A program made the translations under genes and the position numbers. A DNA stretch of 64,000 nucleotides, taken from the IMG/VR virus record IMGVR_UViG_3300030673_000004, positions 1 to 64,000 of that record. One strand, 5' to 3'. Under the pieces are notes generated by a model that made no database searches, had not been told where the DNA came from, and worked only from the letters and a program-made list of their open reading frames with translations. Below are positions 28,165 through 38,331 of this stretch, piece by piece. Position 1 is the stretch's first letter; each line of letters starts with the position of its first letter.

Positions 28165-28897
28165 CGGCAGCGAGAGCTATATTGTATGTGATATATTAGA
28201 TTGTAGATTACTAGACGCATGCTCTCTAAAAAAGTGCCCATATCACATAAAAGATGCAAAGAATCACAACTGCATTAAACAGCTAAAAGCTAGTGACACA
28301 AGAAAATTAACACAGGCCGTCGCTGCAGAAGCACTTAATGTATCTGTAGATATACTGAGAGACACGGTAGCATCCGCTCTAACAAAGATAAGAAAAGAAT
28401 CGTTAAGAGAACGACTGCATGAAGAAGAGAAAATAAACTCTTTTTCCTATGTTACTAATGCTCATGTTTGTGCAGCCTGTGCAGCACAAGTTGAAAACGA
28501 TAACCATAAGCACGAAGTAGCCCCTGGTGAGTACATATACTACTGCTCACGATCTTGTGAAGCACGCCGCCCTGTCTCTCAAATTAGAATTGAAATGGAT
28601 TATGGTACAGACGTTGGAGAGGTCCTCCTGATTGCAAAAAAGACATTTCACAAGCTGGATATTATTCAACCAACACTAGGAGTAAAAAAGACAAGCCTTC
28701 TGCAGTGGTATAGTAACCTGCTAGGCATACACCCGCACGAATTTGGCTTTGATGCTGCCTCCTCTGTAGATGTTCTACGCAAGAGCACAAATATAGCCCC
28801 GGAAGACAGCTTTGTATCTATACTAGCGGTAGAAAAGACCAACAGATGGTGGGCTGAGTATGATGCTAGAATACAAAACTCCCTAATGAGCATTTGA
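28076..28897 (+). CDS. Cys-rich protein with a sigma region 4-like HTH and a TRASH-like Zn finger
   Basis: LTQAVAAEALNVS..ASALTKIR; CAAC...YCSRSC. Confidence 0.5.
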   Translation: MSSKFIRDMISLPAEQKNKLKVDLNSIPVDGSESYIVCDILDCRLLDACSLKKCPYHIKDAKNHNCIKQLKASDTRKLTQAVAAEALNVSVDILRDTVASALTKIRKESLRERLHEEEKINSFSYVTNAHVCAACAAQVENDNHKHEVAPGEYIYYCSRSCEARRPVSQIRIEMDYGTDVGEVLLIAKKTFHKLDIIQPTLGVKKTSLLQWYSNLLGIHPHEFGFDAASSVDVLRKSTNIAPEDSFVSILAVEKTNRWWAEYDARIQNSLMSI

Positions 28898-28922
28898 CAA
28901 ACAGACACACTTAGTGTATTAT
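28894..28922 (+). promoter_or_regulatory. sigma70 promoter
   Basis: TTGACA-17-TATTAT. Confidence 0.7.
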
Positions 28923-28955
28923 TTAGATTGAGACACCTCCTTCAAAGGACCTACT

Positions 28956-29495
28956 ATGCCTGTAACTATTCTAGTAACATCGGACCCTTGGTCCAACAAT
29001 GGTAAAATTCCAGAAATCTGTGAAGCAGCTCGGGAACATATCAAAACACTAGCTCTAGAGCTAGTGGGAGCCGAAAACTCCACACCGGAGACAGTAGAGG
29101 CCGGATTACGCAAAGCTGTGAGAGCTTGGTCCACAAAACAAGTGGTTGAATCAATGGTCGTAAAGGATCTGACCGTCTCCTCCTTTAGCAACAACCCAGA
29201 AGAAGCCATCTGGGGAACACAGGATCAAAACAAGAATATCTATACAAAAAAGGGTATTCTCTATGTATCAGAACCATCATACGGTTCCAGTTACAACTAT
29301 GGTCGCAGCTACTATGGACGAATGTTGCACGAAGAGGATTTTGATGATGACTATCCCCTAATTACATCATACGGCAACAAACAGCACAATAGTACAGCAG
29401 CAGTACAGGGCAGACACGCTAACTATGATGACATGACTGAAGAAGAAATTTTTGAACTCTTCTATACGCATGGTGATGTATCTACACTCATGTAG
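28956..29495 (+). CDS. hypothetical protein
   Basis: AAGGA SD after a sigma70 promoter. Confidence 0.6.
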   Translation: MPVTILVTSDPWSNNGKIPEICEAAREHIKTLALELVGAENSTPETVEAGLRKAVRAWSTKQVVESMVVKDLTVSSFSNNPEEAIWGTQDQNKNIYTKKGILYVSEPSYGSSYNYGRSYYGRMLHEEDFDDDYPLITSYGNKQHNSTAAVQGRHANYDDMTEEEIFELFYTHGDVSTLM

Positions 29496-29541
29496 GCTAA
29501 AGACCTAGAAGTTCTACCCAGCTCTCGTGTAAATGAGAAGG

Positions 29542-30159
29542 GTGGACATCCAAGTAAACAGAAACAGTCTCTGGCACGGCCTCTCTGAACACCAACAATT
29601 TTGTGTAAAGAGGGGCCTTCCTATTAAATACCTGGGCATGTCTCTTCGAGATGAGTCCCTTAAATTCGTAGACTATGAAATACCTCAAGGTTTTGCTCCC
29701 CTAACCGTATCAGGTATCACGCAACTTCGTTGGCTCCAAGCTCTTAAAAGTAACCTAAGTCCTGCAAAATATCCTGTAGGAATCATAGGTATACATAGCG
29801 CACCTACAGACTACAGCGCTTTCAAAGTAGGTGCTACTGTATTTGAGCTTGCTGTACATCGTGGATTAGTCTGCTATGCTTTGAGCATCACGCAGATCAA
29901 AGAGCACCGACTCTATGAATTACCACAAGCAGATGTTTACCTTATCCATGGACTCACAGATGAAGTGGTTTCTTCATATACATGGCCTCTGCGAGACTTC
30001 CTGCGGAGTAAATCAACAGCACTGAGACTTCTCCTGATGACATCACCAACGGTCGGTGGTGGCTTACAAATGCAAAGGGATACGTTACGGATGCGTGATA
30101 TAGATGTTACAGTTTGCTTAGAAGATTCCGAAGATCAACCAGGCTTAAGGTATACCTAA
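29542..30159 (+). CDS. hypothetical protein, possibly a degenerate helicase loader
   Basis: GLPIKY segment and alpha/beta pattern, no intact Walker A; coupled to dnaB; GTG start 7 nt after GTAAAT. Confidence 0.45.
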   Translation: MDIQVNRNSLWHGLSEHQQFCVKRGLPIKYLGMSLRDESLKFVDYEIPQGFAPLTVSGITQLRWLQALKSNLSPAKYPVGIIGIHSAPTDYSAFKVGATVFELAVHRGLVCYALSITQIKEHRLYELPQADVYLIHGLTDEVVSSYTWPLRDFLRSKSTALRLLLMTSPTVGGGLQMQRDTLRMRDIDVTVCLEDSEDQPGLRYT

Positions 30160-31595
30160 TGCCTTTCACGCAGCAACCTGTACAAGTTATCCGTGCCCCA
30201 AAAAATCTAGATAAATCACGCGAAGAGCTTCGAGCACTTTACAGTATCTGCAGCATGGAAGATCCGGCTGAGAAGATCAAGCGCCTTGATTCTCTCCACG
30301 AAGATTGGTTCTCCTCAGAGACTACCAAAGCACTATATAGACGAGTACGGGCATCTAGATCGCAAACAGGAGAAGTACCGACATTTGCGTCACTAGCTGA
30401 CGACACCAGCCTGCCTCCCGAGAGTCAAGAAATAGCTAGAGTCATACAACGCTCAGGTGCTCATTACAGTATGAATGGTGCCGACTGGGCAAGCTTCACA
30501 GAAATGCTGCGCAACAACTTCAAATTGCTGCAATACTGGCAAATGCATCTGGAAGTAACTGAACGCCTGCAACTACTAGATCCCAGCCTTCTCGGTTCCA
30601 TTGAAGCTACAATTTCATCGTATCAAGCAACTATAGCAAAGCATGTATCTCAACGTAAAAATCCAATACGTATGGGATCTGGTGCAACAGACAACCAAGC
30701 ACTACTCGCAGGTATATTAAACCCGCACCGAGCCGAAAACAGAATCAAAATGGGTTTCAGGGAGTTTGATACCAGAACAGGTGGATTACTTCGTGGAAAC
30801 GTAATGCTCATCATGAGCAAATATGGTGGTGGTAAATCCGCGCTTGCTCTTACAGCAGGCGTCAATATGGCCAAAAATGGTTACCATGGCGCTTACATAT
30901 CCTTTGAACTGGGCGATGAAGAACTATTTGAACGGTTTATCACTAATGTATCTGGAGTAGACGGCAACAACATCCGATTAGGCGGTGAACATCTGTCCGA
31001 TAGCGATAAAGCTCGCATCCAAGCGCAATATGCAAGCTTTAATGAGGGTGAAGGTTCATTGACACTCATCTGTCCAAATACTATATCATCTGGTGGTTGG
31101 GATATAAATGATACCCTCCACATAATTGAAGGATGTGGCTATGATTTTGTCATCTTTGACTATCTAGGTCTAATACAGTATCACAAAATTGAAGGTATTT
31201 CCTCGTCGAGAGAAGATCAAATCCTCTCAGATATGGCACGCAAGATAAAGATCCACGCAGAATCTCATCAGTATGCAGCACTTGTACTGCATCAGATGAC
31301 GGATGAAGGTAAAATAGCCAATGCACGAGCTATTGGAGCACATGTTGACTTCATCTGGAAGTGGGAAGTAAAAGAAGAAGATAGAGATCGGGGATGGGTA
31401 ACTATCTCACAGGACAAAGCACGAGGAGCACCCGTCTACGATATGATCTTTACATTAGCCTTCAACTTCATGCAAATGCAAAATGTACGTGAGCCACCAA
31501 CTGTTGATTTTGGACAAGCACAAGGGCCACACTCGCATCAAGCCGGACCAACACGTCCATCACCCTTAGCCATGGATATAACACAGTTTCACTAA
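30159..31595 (+). CDS. dnaB: DnaB-like replicative helicase
   Basis: GGLLRGNVMLIMSKYGGGKS, ISFEL, IFDYLGLI, LHQ, KARG. Confidence 0.85.
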   Translation: MPFTQQPVQVIRAPKNLDKSREELRALYSICSMEDPAEKIKRLDSLHEDWFSSETTKALYRRVRASRSQTGEVPTFASLADDTSLPPESQEIARVIQRSGAHYSMNGADWASFTEMLRNNFKLLQYWQMHLEVTERLQLLDPSLLGSIEATISSYQATIAKHVSQRKNPIRMGSGATDNQALLAGILNPHRAENRIKMGFREFDTRTGGLLRGNVMLIMSKYGGGKSALALTAGVNMAKNGYHGAYISFELGDEELFERFITNVSGVDGNNIRLGGEHLSDSDKARIQAQYASFNEGEGSLTLICPNTISSGGWDINDTLHIIEGCGYDFVIFDYLGLIQYHKIEGISSSREDQILSDMARKIKIHAESHQYAALVLHQMTDEGKIANARAIGAHVDFIWKWEVKEEDRDRGWVTISQDKARGAPVYDMIFTLAFNFMQMQNVREPPTVDFGQAQGPHSHQAGPTRPSPLAMDITQFH

Positions 31596-31596
31596 T

Positions 31597-32811
31597 ATGC
31601 CTACACAAAGACGCACAAAAGCCGCAGTAGCCACCCAGCCAGTTGAAGTACCAACTATTCCAAACACGGTATGCTTTGCTCTAGAGCAGGCTAAGAGCCA
31701 GCTAGAGACACTAAAAAAGCTCACAGAGATAGTACCTAAAGGAACGGGTGAAACAGACGCGCCCGCCTGGATTCAAACAACAGAAACAGGTATTCGTGTC
31801 ACTTATGGTCATTTCGGTTACGGAGGCTACGTTGACATACCCGCAACAGTATCTGATATACAACTCAATCACAGTTTACCCTTACAGGTATTAACAAATC
31901 TGCAAAATGCGGATATTGTTAAACTTAGTCTAATCCAAGACGGGACAGCCCTAGCAGTCATGTCGGAAAGAACTCGATTAAACACACTACTAGATGATGC
32001 TGAAATTGTTCAACGACAAATTCCAGATTTCCTAGAAGACTGCTATGAATCATTCCGTCTAACAGATGCGCAATTTTCAGGTCTACTACGGCAAATTGTA
32101 TTCAAATCAACAGACTTATCAGTACGAGGCACAGGCTTACCTGTACAAATACGCTCGGATAGAACTAATAACTGCTACCATGTGATAGCACGTGACTCAG
32201 CTTTTGGTATTATAAAAACATTTAGTGCGGAGATTACCAATGATGTTGATGTAACTCTGACGCACCAGTTTCTTAAAGTCGTATCAGACACGCTCAAGAG
32301 CACAGATACAGTAGTATTCAGCTTCAGTGAAGATATGACATCCTGCAAAGCTAGTATTGGTGATCATACAGTTGTTTGGGTACCTGTACCTATTTATGAA
32401 GAATACGATTTGCTCACTTGGCACCAACAAACATTAGCAGAAGGTGCAGTGCTAGCAGAATTCAATGTATCATTCAATGCTTGGTTAGATGCCTTAGCTG
32501 ATATGATACCACATTTTAAGATTGATAGTCAAACAAACAATATCACCATCTCCTTTGATACAACTGTAACGCCACCAGAGATGCGCATGGTCTTTTCTAG
32601 CACACGAATAGCGGTAGCTGGTAGAGTACCTTATCAAACTGTGGTAGAATGCCATGAAGAAGACATTGTTACAGATGGTTTACGTATGTACTCTTTCCTA
32701 AAATGTGGAAAACAAACACGAGACCAATTAGCTAATACTAAACTAATTGGTAATCATATGTTTGTAAATATACCTGAAGCAAACTTGGATTTCATTCTAC
32801 CATTAAGGTAA
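31597..32811 (+). CDS. putative beta sliding clamp-like protein
   Basis: About 400 aa with a repeated alpha/beta pattern, next to dnaB, with a DnaX gene in the window; highly divergent. Confidence 0.5.
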   Translation: MPTQRRTKAAVATQPVEVPTIPNTVCFALEQAKSQLETLKKLTEIVPKGTGETDAPAWIQTTETGIRVTYGHFGYGGYVDIPATVSDIQLNHSLPLQVLTNLQNADIVKLSLIQDGTALAVMSERTRLNTLLDDAEIVQRQIPDFLEDCYESFRLTDAQFSGLLRQIVFKSTDLSVRGTGLPVQIRSDRTNNCYHVIARDSAFGIIKTFSAEITNDVDVTLTHQFLKVVSDTLKSTDTVVFSFSEDMTSCKASIGDHTVVWVPVPIYEEYDLLTWHQQTLAEGAVLAEFNVSFNAWLDALADMIPHFKIDSQTNNITISFDTTVTPPEMRMVFSSTRIAVAGRVPYQTVVECHEEDIVTDGLRMYSFLKCGKQTRDQLANTKLIGNHMFVNIPEANLDFILPLR

Positions 32812-32814
32812 TAG

Positions 32815-33183
32815 ATGCCTGATATTCAAACAACAAAAACTGTGGAATTTTCTTTGGACTCCAATATCCAAGGAACTTTCCAGGGACCTAAGTTCCGAAT
32901 GCTCCGTGAACCTGGGCATGTAGTTGTCTATTATGATTCATCTATATACACCCCTAGATGCATAGGTGATTCAGGTATTATCCTCTATGACAAGAATGCT
33001 CAGTACAAAACAAACTTTGATGTTGTTTCTAAAAGTGACTCTCAGATTCTATATCACAGAGATAATGTTATGATATGTGCTACAGAACAACGCACAGAAG
33101 ATCTACAAGCAGTATATTATGTAATTATGGCAGACAAATTTACACCTATAAATAATCTATATGTAAATACGGAGTCTCGCTAA
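32815..33183 (+). CDS. hypothetical protein
   Basis: ORF within the operon. Confidence 0.55.
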   Translation: MPDIQTTKTVEFSLDSNIQGTFQGPKFRMLREPGHVVVYYDSSIYTPRCIGDSGIILYDKNAQYKTNFDVVSKSDSQILYHRDNVMICATEQRTEDLQAVYYVIMADKFTPINNLYVNTESR

Positions 33184-33184
33184 T

Positions 33185-33766
33185 ATGAGATCAATTGCAT
33201 TTATGGGGCCATCCCGTGGAGGTAAGTCCTCTATCGCTAAAGAAATTGCCAGACAACTAGATCCCAATGTTTACGGAAACATTGGGATGCTATCCTTTGC
33301 GGACACATTAAGAGAAATAGCAAGTACACGCTTTGGGTGGACAGGTGAAAAGACCCCAAAGCAACGAGACATAATCCAAAAAGCCTCAGAATCCTGGAAA
33401 CGACAACACGGTGAAGATATCTTTGCAATAGACTTACTGGTCCGTGCAAAATGTAAACCAGCTTGCTACGATACTATTATAATTGATGATCTGAGACATG
33501 GCTGCGAACTAGGAGCCCTACGCAATAACACACAGGCAACAATACTGTGTATAGATGAAGAGCAAGCGGAACACGTCTGGGCTCAGGCATTCAGCGCACA
33601 TAAAACAGTAGATGATGAATTCTCATGGGCGGTACATAGGTCAGAGCTAGAATGGCGAGGCTTTCGACATTTGTACCAACATATAAATAATGATAAAACT
33701 TCGCCATATGGTTTTGACATATCTGTAAATAAAATCATGCAGATCTTACATCAGGGAGATAACTAA
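33185..33766 (+). CDS. deoxynucleoside monophosphate kinase-like P-loop kinase
   Basis: GPSRGGKS, SFADTLR, IIDDLRH, HRSE. Confidence 0.75.
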   Translation: MRSIAFMGPSRGGKSSIAKEIARQLDPNVYGNIGMLSFADTLREIASTRFGWTGEKTPKQRDIIQKASESWKRQHGEDIFAIDLLVRAKCKPACYDTIIIDDLRHGCELGALRNNTQATILCIDEEQAEHVWAQAFSAHKTVDDEFSWAVHRSELEWRGFRHLYQHINNDKTSPYGFDISVNKIMQILHQGDN

Positions 33767-34881
33767 TGCCGGAAGACATGCTAAACATTGGAGACTTTGA
33801 CGACATCCTAGCAGATGCTCCGGTCCAAGAAGCTCCTATTGAGGACACCGCACCACATGCCCTAAAAATAGGCTTCATCGGTGCAGGACAAGCTGGATGC
33901 AATCTAGCTAATACGTTCTGGGATACCTGTGGATATCGTCGTGTTATTCTGTTTAATACTACAGGAAACGATGTCCGTGGTTCTGCTGTCCCAGAAGATC
34001 TTCAAGTGATTGCAGAAGGATTTGATGGGGCTGGTAAAAATCGAGATGTTGGACAGAGAGCAGCCGAACAAAGTGCAACAAAGCTGCTTGCAACCATGTC
34101 TAAGCGGTTTGGTTCGGACACAGACTACATCATCGTCCTGGCATCTGGTGGCGGTGGAACAGGGTCTGGGGCGGCTGTAAAACTAGCCGAATACGGGCGT
34201 CAATATCTATGCTCCAAAGGACTTTCGCCGGAAGAAGCAGTTAAAAGAGTTGGTTTTATCATCATGCTGCCTACAGATTCAGAAGGATCCGTATCCAAAA
34301 GTAATGCCCTCTCGCTAGTAAATGATGTAACCACATTTGGTGGTTCACCCGTAATGTACATTGATAATGGACGAGTTTCATCACTTGTCAAGAGTACACT
34401 GGGCGGGTGGTACTCACAAGCAAACACCATGATTGCACGCCTATTTGATATGTTCAACTTCCTAGCAAGCAAGGATTCCAGTCGGCAAGCTTTTGACCCC
34501 CAAGATTATCGAACGGTTCTATCGTCGGGTTTGGTAAGTGTTGGGCTCACACGCCTAAACAGATACACTAACGACATGGATCTAGCTAATGCCCTACAGC
34601 AGAATCTTAAAACAAGTTTGCTTGTTGATGATGTTGGCTTGTCTTCCGGGACTCATGCAGCTATTATAGTCCTAGGTGATGATGCTACACTTAATGAGAT
34701 TCCTATGACAGCACTAGATAATGTACGAACGGTCATCTCATCTCTTCTAGGATCTGGTCCAAGTAAACCTGTTACCATTCATACCGGTATCTATGCAAAC
34801 AAGTCACCTGTTATTCAAGTATTCTCTATGCTGGGTGGCCTAAGTTTTCCAGCATCCAAACGAAGGAAATTAGGGGGTTGA
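33766..34881 (+). CDS. tubulin/FtsZ-family GTPase (PhuZ/TubZ-like)
   Basis: GFIGAGQAGCN, FNT, DGAGKN, GGGTGSG signature, IDN. Confidence 0.88.
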   Translation: MPEDMLNIGDFDDILADAPVQEAPIEDTAPHALKIGFIGAGQAGCNLANTFWDTCGYRRVILFNTTGNDVRGSAVPEDLQVIAEGFDGAGKNRDVGQRAAEQSATKLLATMSKRFGSDTDYIIVLASGGGGTGSGAAVKLAEYGRQYLCSKGLSPEEAVKRVGFIIMLPTDSEGSVSKSNALSLVNDVTTFGGSPVMYIDNGRVSSLVKSTLGGWYSQANTMIARLFDMFNFLASKDSSRQAFDPQDYRTVLSSGLVSVGLTRLNRYTNDMDLANALQQNLKTSLLVDDVGLSSGTHAAIIVLGDDATLNEIPMTALDNVRTVISSLLGSGPSKPVTIHTGIYANKSPVIQVFSMLGGLSFPASKRRKLGG

Positions 34882-34895
34882 CACTCTCTTAACCT

Positions 34896-34927
34896 AAGGG
34901 GTGGCAAATGCCACCCCTTCTCTTTTA
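34896..34927 (+). terminator. intrinsic terminator
   Basis: AAGGGGTGGC-AAAT-GCCACCCCTT followed by CTCTTTT. Confidence 0.75.
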
Positions 34928-34947
34928 TTAAACAAAGGAACAACAAA

Positions 34948-35181
34948 GTGTCAGAGTTTGAAACAATGGCCTCACGTCTAAAAGCGCAAGGTATCAAAGC
35001 AACCATTGTAGAAGCGACGGATACGGCACGTGAGCCAATCTTCATTACCGTAGACTATCAAGGAAAACAGGCCAAACTCAAATTTATACCAACGCAGTAT
35101 AGCCCGACACAAACAGGTCAAGACCTAGTAAATACACTGCAACAAACATTAAAAGGCTCATTACAAGCAGTGAGTTCCTAA
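34948..35181 (+). CDS. hypothetical protein
   Basis: AAGGA SD, 77 aa. Confidence 0.55.
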   Translation: MSEFETMASRLKAQGIKATIVEATDTAREPIFITVDYQGKQAKLKFIPTQYSPTQTGQDLVNTLQQTLKGSLQAVSS

Positions 35182-35184
35182 GAC

Positions 35185-35222
35185 AAAAAAAACGAGACTT
35201 ACTTTGGTCTCGTTTCTTATTT
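35185..35222. terminator. bidirectional terminator between convergent blocks
   Basis: A8-CGAGAC...GTCTCG-TTTCTT. Confidence 0.6.
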
Positions 35223-35594
35223 CAGATCTAATAGAGATGGCGGAGAAAATGGATGATTCTGCAAGTTCAGCATGTTCACTAGCAGAGCTTGCTGTCTCTT
35301 TGTGATACCAATCTTTGTACGTAAAGAAACAATCTCAGCATTTCTCCTATTAGCCTCTCTACCAGCAATTGGATCAGAGTTAAGCATACCGCTTTCTTGC
35401 AGATAGAAAAATACACGCACCCGATTAACTAAGGCTAATGCGTCTGAGCGCAGTGATGAATCTAGCCACTCAGGCCAGGTCAACATGTTTCTGCTCCATC
35501 GCAGCAACCAACAAATCATACTCAGTACAAAACAGAGCACCAAGCTGCTCTGACGACAAACTGGCGTGACGAGCCGCATTAACCTTGGCCACAA
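35217..35594 (-). CDS. hypothetical protein (true start probably downstream)
   Basis: ORF fills the gap; 5' part overlaps the upstream gene. Confidence 0.4.
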   Translation of the reverse strand: MWPRLMRLVTPVCRQSSLVLCFVLSMICWLLRWSRNMLTWPEWLDSSLRSDALALVNRVRVFFYLQESGMLNSDPIAGREANRRNAEIVSLRTKIGITKRQQALLVNMLNLQNHPFSPPSLLDLK

Positions 35595-35796
35595 GAGCAG
35601 TCATGTCAATATGCATGTTGACACGAGACAAAATATGCCCAACAGCAAACTGGAGCACATCAGAGTAGGCACGACCGGCAACAGAACGCCACAGATTAGC
35701 ATCCTCCGAATCTTTTGCCACCTCCTCTAGATGATCAGCAAGATCAGACAAAAAGGACTTTTCATCCTCGCAGTACACAACTTTAGACATAGTCAC
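35470..35796 (-). CDS. hypothetical protein
   Basis: GGAG SD. Confidence 0.55.
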   Translation of the reverse strand: MTMSKVVYCEDEKSFLSDLADHLEEVAKDSEDANLWRSVAGRAYSDVLQFAVGHILSRVNMHIDMTALVAKVNAARHASLSSEQLGALFCTEYDLLVAAMEQKHVDLA

Positions 35797-35820
35797 ATCT
35801 CCAACCTAAGTTAAAAGTAG

Positions 35821-36018
35821 TCAAAGCTCATCAGAACTTTTGACGCGAGTACCTTCACAAGTCATGCGAACTATGCAAGTACCACGATGACTGCATTTTC
35901 TGTTATCCAGCCTAGCCTGACATTCTATGACGGTTATAGTTTTGTATTCTCCTGTACTTCCACCGGAGTCTAACCGTAATCTCAAATCAGGACAAGCATT
36001 TCCATAGGAATCACTCAA
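35821..36018 (-). CDS. small Cys-containing hypothetical protein
   Basis: GGAGG SD, TTG start. Confidence 0.45.
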   Translation of the reverse strand: MSDSYGNACPDLRLRLDSGGSTGEYKTITVIECQARLDNRKCSHRGTCIVRMTCEGTRVKSSDEL

Positions 36019-36041
36019 AGTAACCTCCCTGTTATTTGTAG

Positions 36042-36470
36042 TTAAACAATAGAATACATAAGCAACAGACTGTTAAATGGAAGAGTGTACCACCAAATAC
36101 GAGCCCAAAACTCACGAAGATCTCGCCCGTACTCCAAGATATGCTGCTGACGAATTGAAATAGTACTATCATCAGTACCACGAATAACCGTAGCACCAAG
36201 CAAACCAAAAAAGTTAATAGCTACATAATTCCACATATACTTGTACGTCCAGTCAGCAGGACGTACAAGAATCCAGAAAAAAGCAACAACCAGAGGCAAC
36301 AACAAATACGAAAGGGTCACAACAAAAAGGAGAGGCTTCAACACCGAAATTTGAGAGTGAAACGACAACATATCTGCCGTAGAAAATACTCCGTTATGCT
36401 GAGACAAATAATCAGTAACCAAGGTATCAAAAGGGACCTGTGCAACGCGAGACGATGAGTAGAAGTCCAT
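36042..36470 (-). CDS. membrane protein
   Basis: Hydrophobic segments; GGAGG SD; promoter TTGACT-17-TATATT at 36521-36549. Confidence 0.55.
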   Translation of the reverse strand: MDFYSSSRVAQVPFDTLVTDYLSQHNGVFSTADMLSFHSQISVLKPLLFVVTLSYLLLPLVVAFFWILVRPADWTYKYMWNYVAINFFGLLGATVIRGTDDSTISIRQQHILEYGRDLREFWARIWWYTLPFNSLLLMYSIV

Positions 36471-36545
36471 GCTCAAACCCCTCCAAGTAAAAGAAAAGCA
36501 GGCCACCCTGACCTGCTCTAAATATACATTTACTTTGTATAAAAG

Positions 36546-38264
36546 TCAAGTATCTATGCTAGAAAGTTTCTTCTGGATACAATTTTCTGCTAAGGCCCGA
36601 GTAGCATTACTAGAATGATCTACATAGGGAAACAACCAAGGGAGGTATTTACTGACCAAAGCCGCCACCTCACAGGTAATAGTTCGATATGAAATATGAC
36701 CAGAGGGCTGAGATCTAAGTTCTGTTAAATAGACTAGCTGCCGAAGTGAACATGTATATGTCCAAAGCACAGGATGACCAAGCAATCTTAAATAAGCAGA
36801 AGAATTCGATTGACGAGGAACGTCACTTTTTAAGCAAGCAGAATATTCTGCATTTTTAAGACCTGTAAGGGCACTAACAGCATTACGACACAGTACTTGT
36901 AATGACATAGGCATCTCATCAAACCCAGGAAATTCAATCACACCAACAGAGTCTAAGAAGCTTACTATATCCTGTTTGCCTGCCCGATGACGCTGCAAAT
37001 CACGATAAGCACCGTAATCCATGAGCACATCAAGTGTCACATGAATATGATCTAAGTACCGGGGAACATCCTTATGATAATCAGTGCGAACATTTTTGTA
37101 ATGCTCTTCTGCAACAGCTAAAATATTATCAAGCTCCGGCTCATCAGCACTAGAATGCAACTGAACGAGATTAGTACTTAAACTATCTGTAATGCCACAA
37201 ATAGGTCTAAAATAGCCAGGAACAGATCGCTTAGCATAGAAAGCAATAAATGAAGCAGCAGTACGTTGGCGCAAATCCTTTGGAAGCGTAACTTGCACAG
37301 TAGCTCCAACAGAAGAACACTTGGAAGTCAACACAAGGGCATGTTCTAAGTCTTCAACTTGGCCTAAAGAGGTACGCCTAGGTTCTGGCCAGAAACACCC
37401 AGACGTTTCAATAGGATCAAATCCATCAAACGAAGTATCAGGTCCGACATGCGTAAACAAACCAGGATTAATCTTAAATACTTCGAATAGCAGATCCTCG
37501 GCCAAAGAACGAACTTCGCTAAGAGGATGTGCAAGTAGTCTAGAGATTAATCTAGATGTCTCACGTGTTGGGATAGTAGCACCAAAGGAAGTCTTAACAC
37601 ACACAGGGAGATAATAGCGAGCCTTATCAAACGCCTGAGCTTTTGTTGTTCTACGACGAGCCGCGTCATTAACAAACTGTGCTGGATCTGACTCCTGAAA
37701 ATGTCGATCAGACCAATAAGCAAGCAGTTGCTCATAAGCAGTAAACACTTGAGTAAACACATCACGATATTTAGGCAGTAAACAACCTGCCGAGTCAAAA
37801 CAGTTGAGAGGCAGAGCCAAGTCATCAACAGATGCTACACTAAAGGGCAGATATCGTGTGGATTTCTCCTGATAGGCACCAAGCTCCGAATCTTCAAATG
37901 CTTTAGCTGCCAAAATAGAACAGCCCTCAATAGCAAAACGATCTATAGAAGAGTCTTTTAATGAGTTATGCCCATACTCAACTGCCCACTTACGCAAAAA
38001 AGATTCCGCCTTACCCAGAGCATGACCCAGGTAAGCAGAATTAGAATCACGTATTGCAGTAGCAAATTCAGACACAGTTAAACCGGAGTCTCTAAATAAA
38101 GACACCAACAACCGCTGCCTTATTGGCTCATGAGAACGAGAATAGGAACCAACAAGGTATGCCCACAGAGATGATGGCATATTATCAGTAGCACAAGCAA
38201 CACGACTATCAGTAGTTGTGAAAAAGTAAAGAACAACAGTCTGCTCATCTTCTGTAAAGATCAT
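36546..38264 (-). CDS. thyX: flavin-dependent thymidylate synthase, long two-domain form
   Basis: YGHNS, YQEKSTRY, ARYYLP, YRDLQRHR, ELRSQPSGHISYR. Confidence 0.85.
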   Translation of the reverse strand: MIFTEDEQTVVLYFFTTTDSRVACATDNMPSSLWAYLVGSYSRSHEPIRQRLLVSLFRDSGLTVSEFATAIRDSNSAYLGHALGKAESFLRKWAVEYGHNSLKDSSIDRFAIEGCSILAAKAFEDSELGAYQEKSTRYLPFSVASVDDLALPLNCFDSAGCLLPKYRDVFTQVFTAYEQLLAYWSDRHFQESDPAQFVNDAARRRTTKAQAFDKARYYLPVCVKTSFGATIPTRETSRLISRLLAHPLSEVRSLAEDLLFEVFKINPGLFTHVGPDTSFDGFDPIETSGCFWPEPRRTSLGQVEDLEHALVLTSKCSSVGATVQVTLPKDLRQRTAASFIAFYAKRSVPGYFRPICGITDSLSTNLVQLHSSADEPELDNILAVAEEHYKNVRTDYHKDVPRYLDHIHVTLDVLMDYGAYRDLQRHRAGKQDIVSFLDSVGVIEFPGFDEMPMSLQVLCRNAVSALTGLKNAEYSACLKSDVPRQSNSSAYLRLLGHPVLWTYTCSLRQLVYLTELRSQPSGHISYRTITCEVAALVSKYLPWLFPYVDHSSNATRALAENCIQKKLSSIDT

Positions 38265-38280
38265 TCGTTTCTCCCAAAAC

Positions 38281-38305
38281 AAAAAGGCAAGAGTTTCCTC
38301 TTGCC
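38281..38305 (-). terminator. intrinsic terminator
   Basis: GGCAAGAG-GAAA-CTCTTGCC-TTTTT on the minus strand. Confidence 0.7.
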
Positions 38306-38331
38306 CTATTTACAAGTTTGAGAGTTATGTA

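Noticed and set aside
34879-34907. TTGACA after the tubulin gene as a sigma70 promoter
   Set aside because: No -10 at 17-nt spacing; the region is a terminator hairpin
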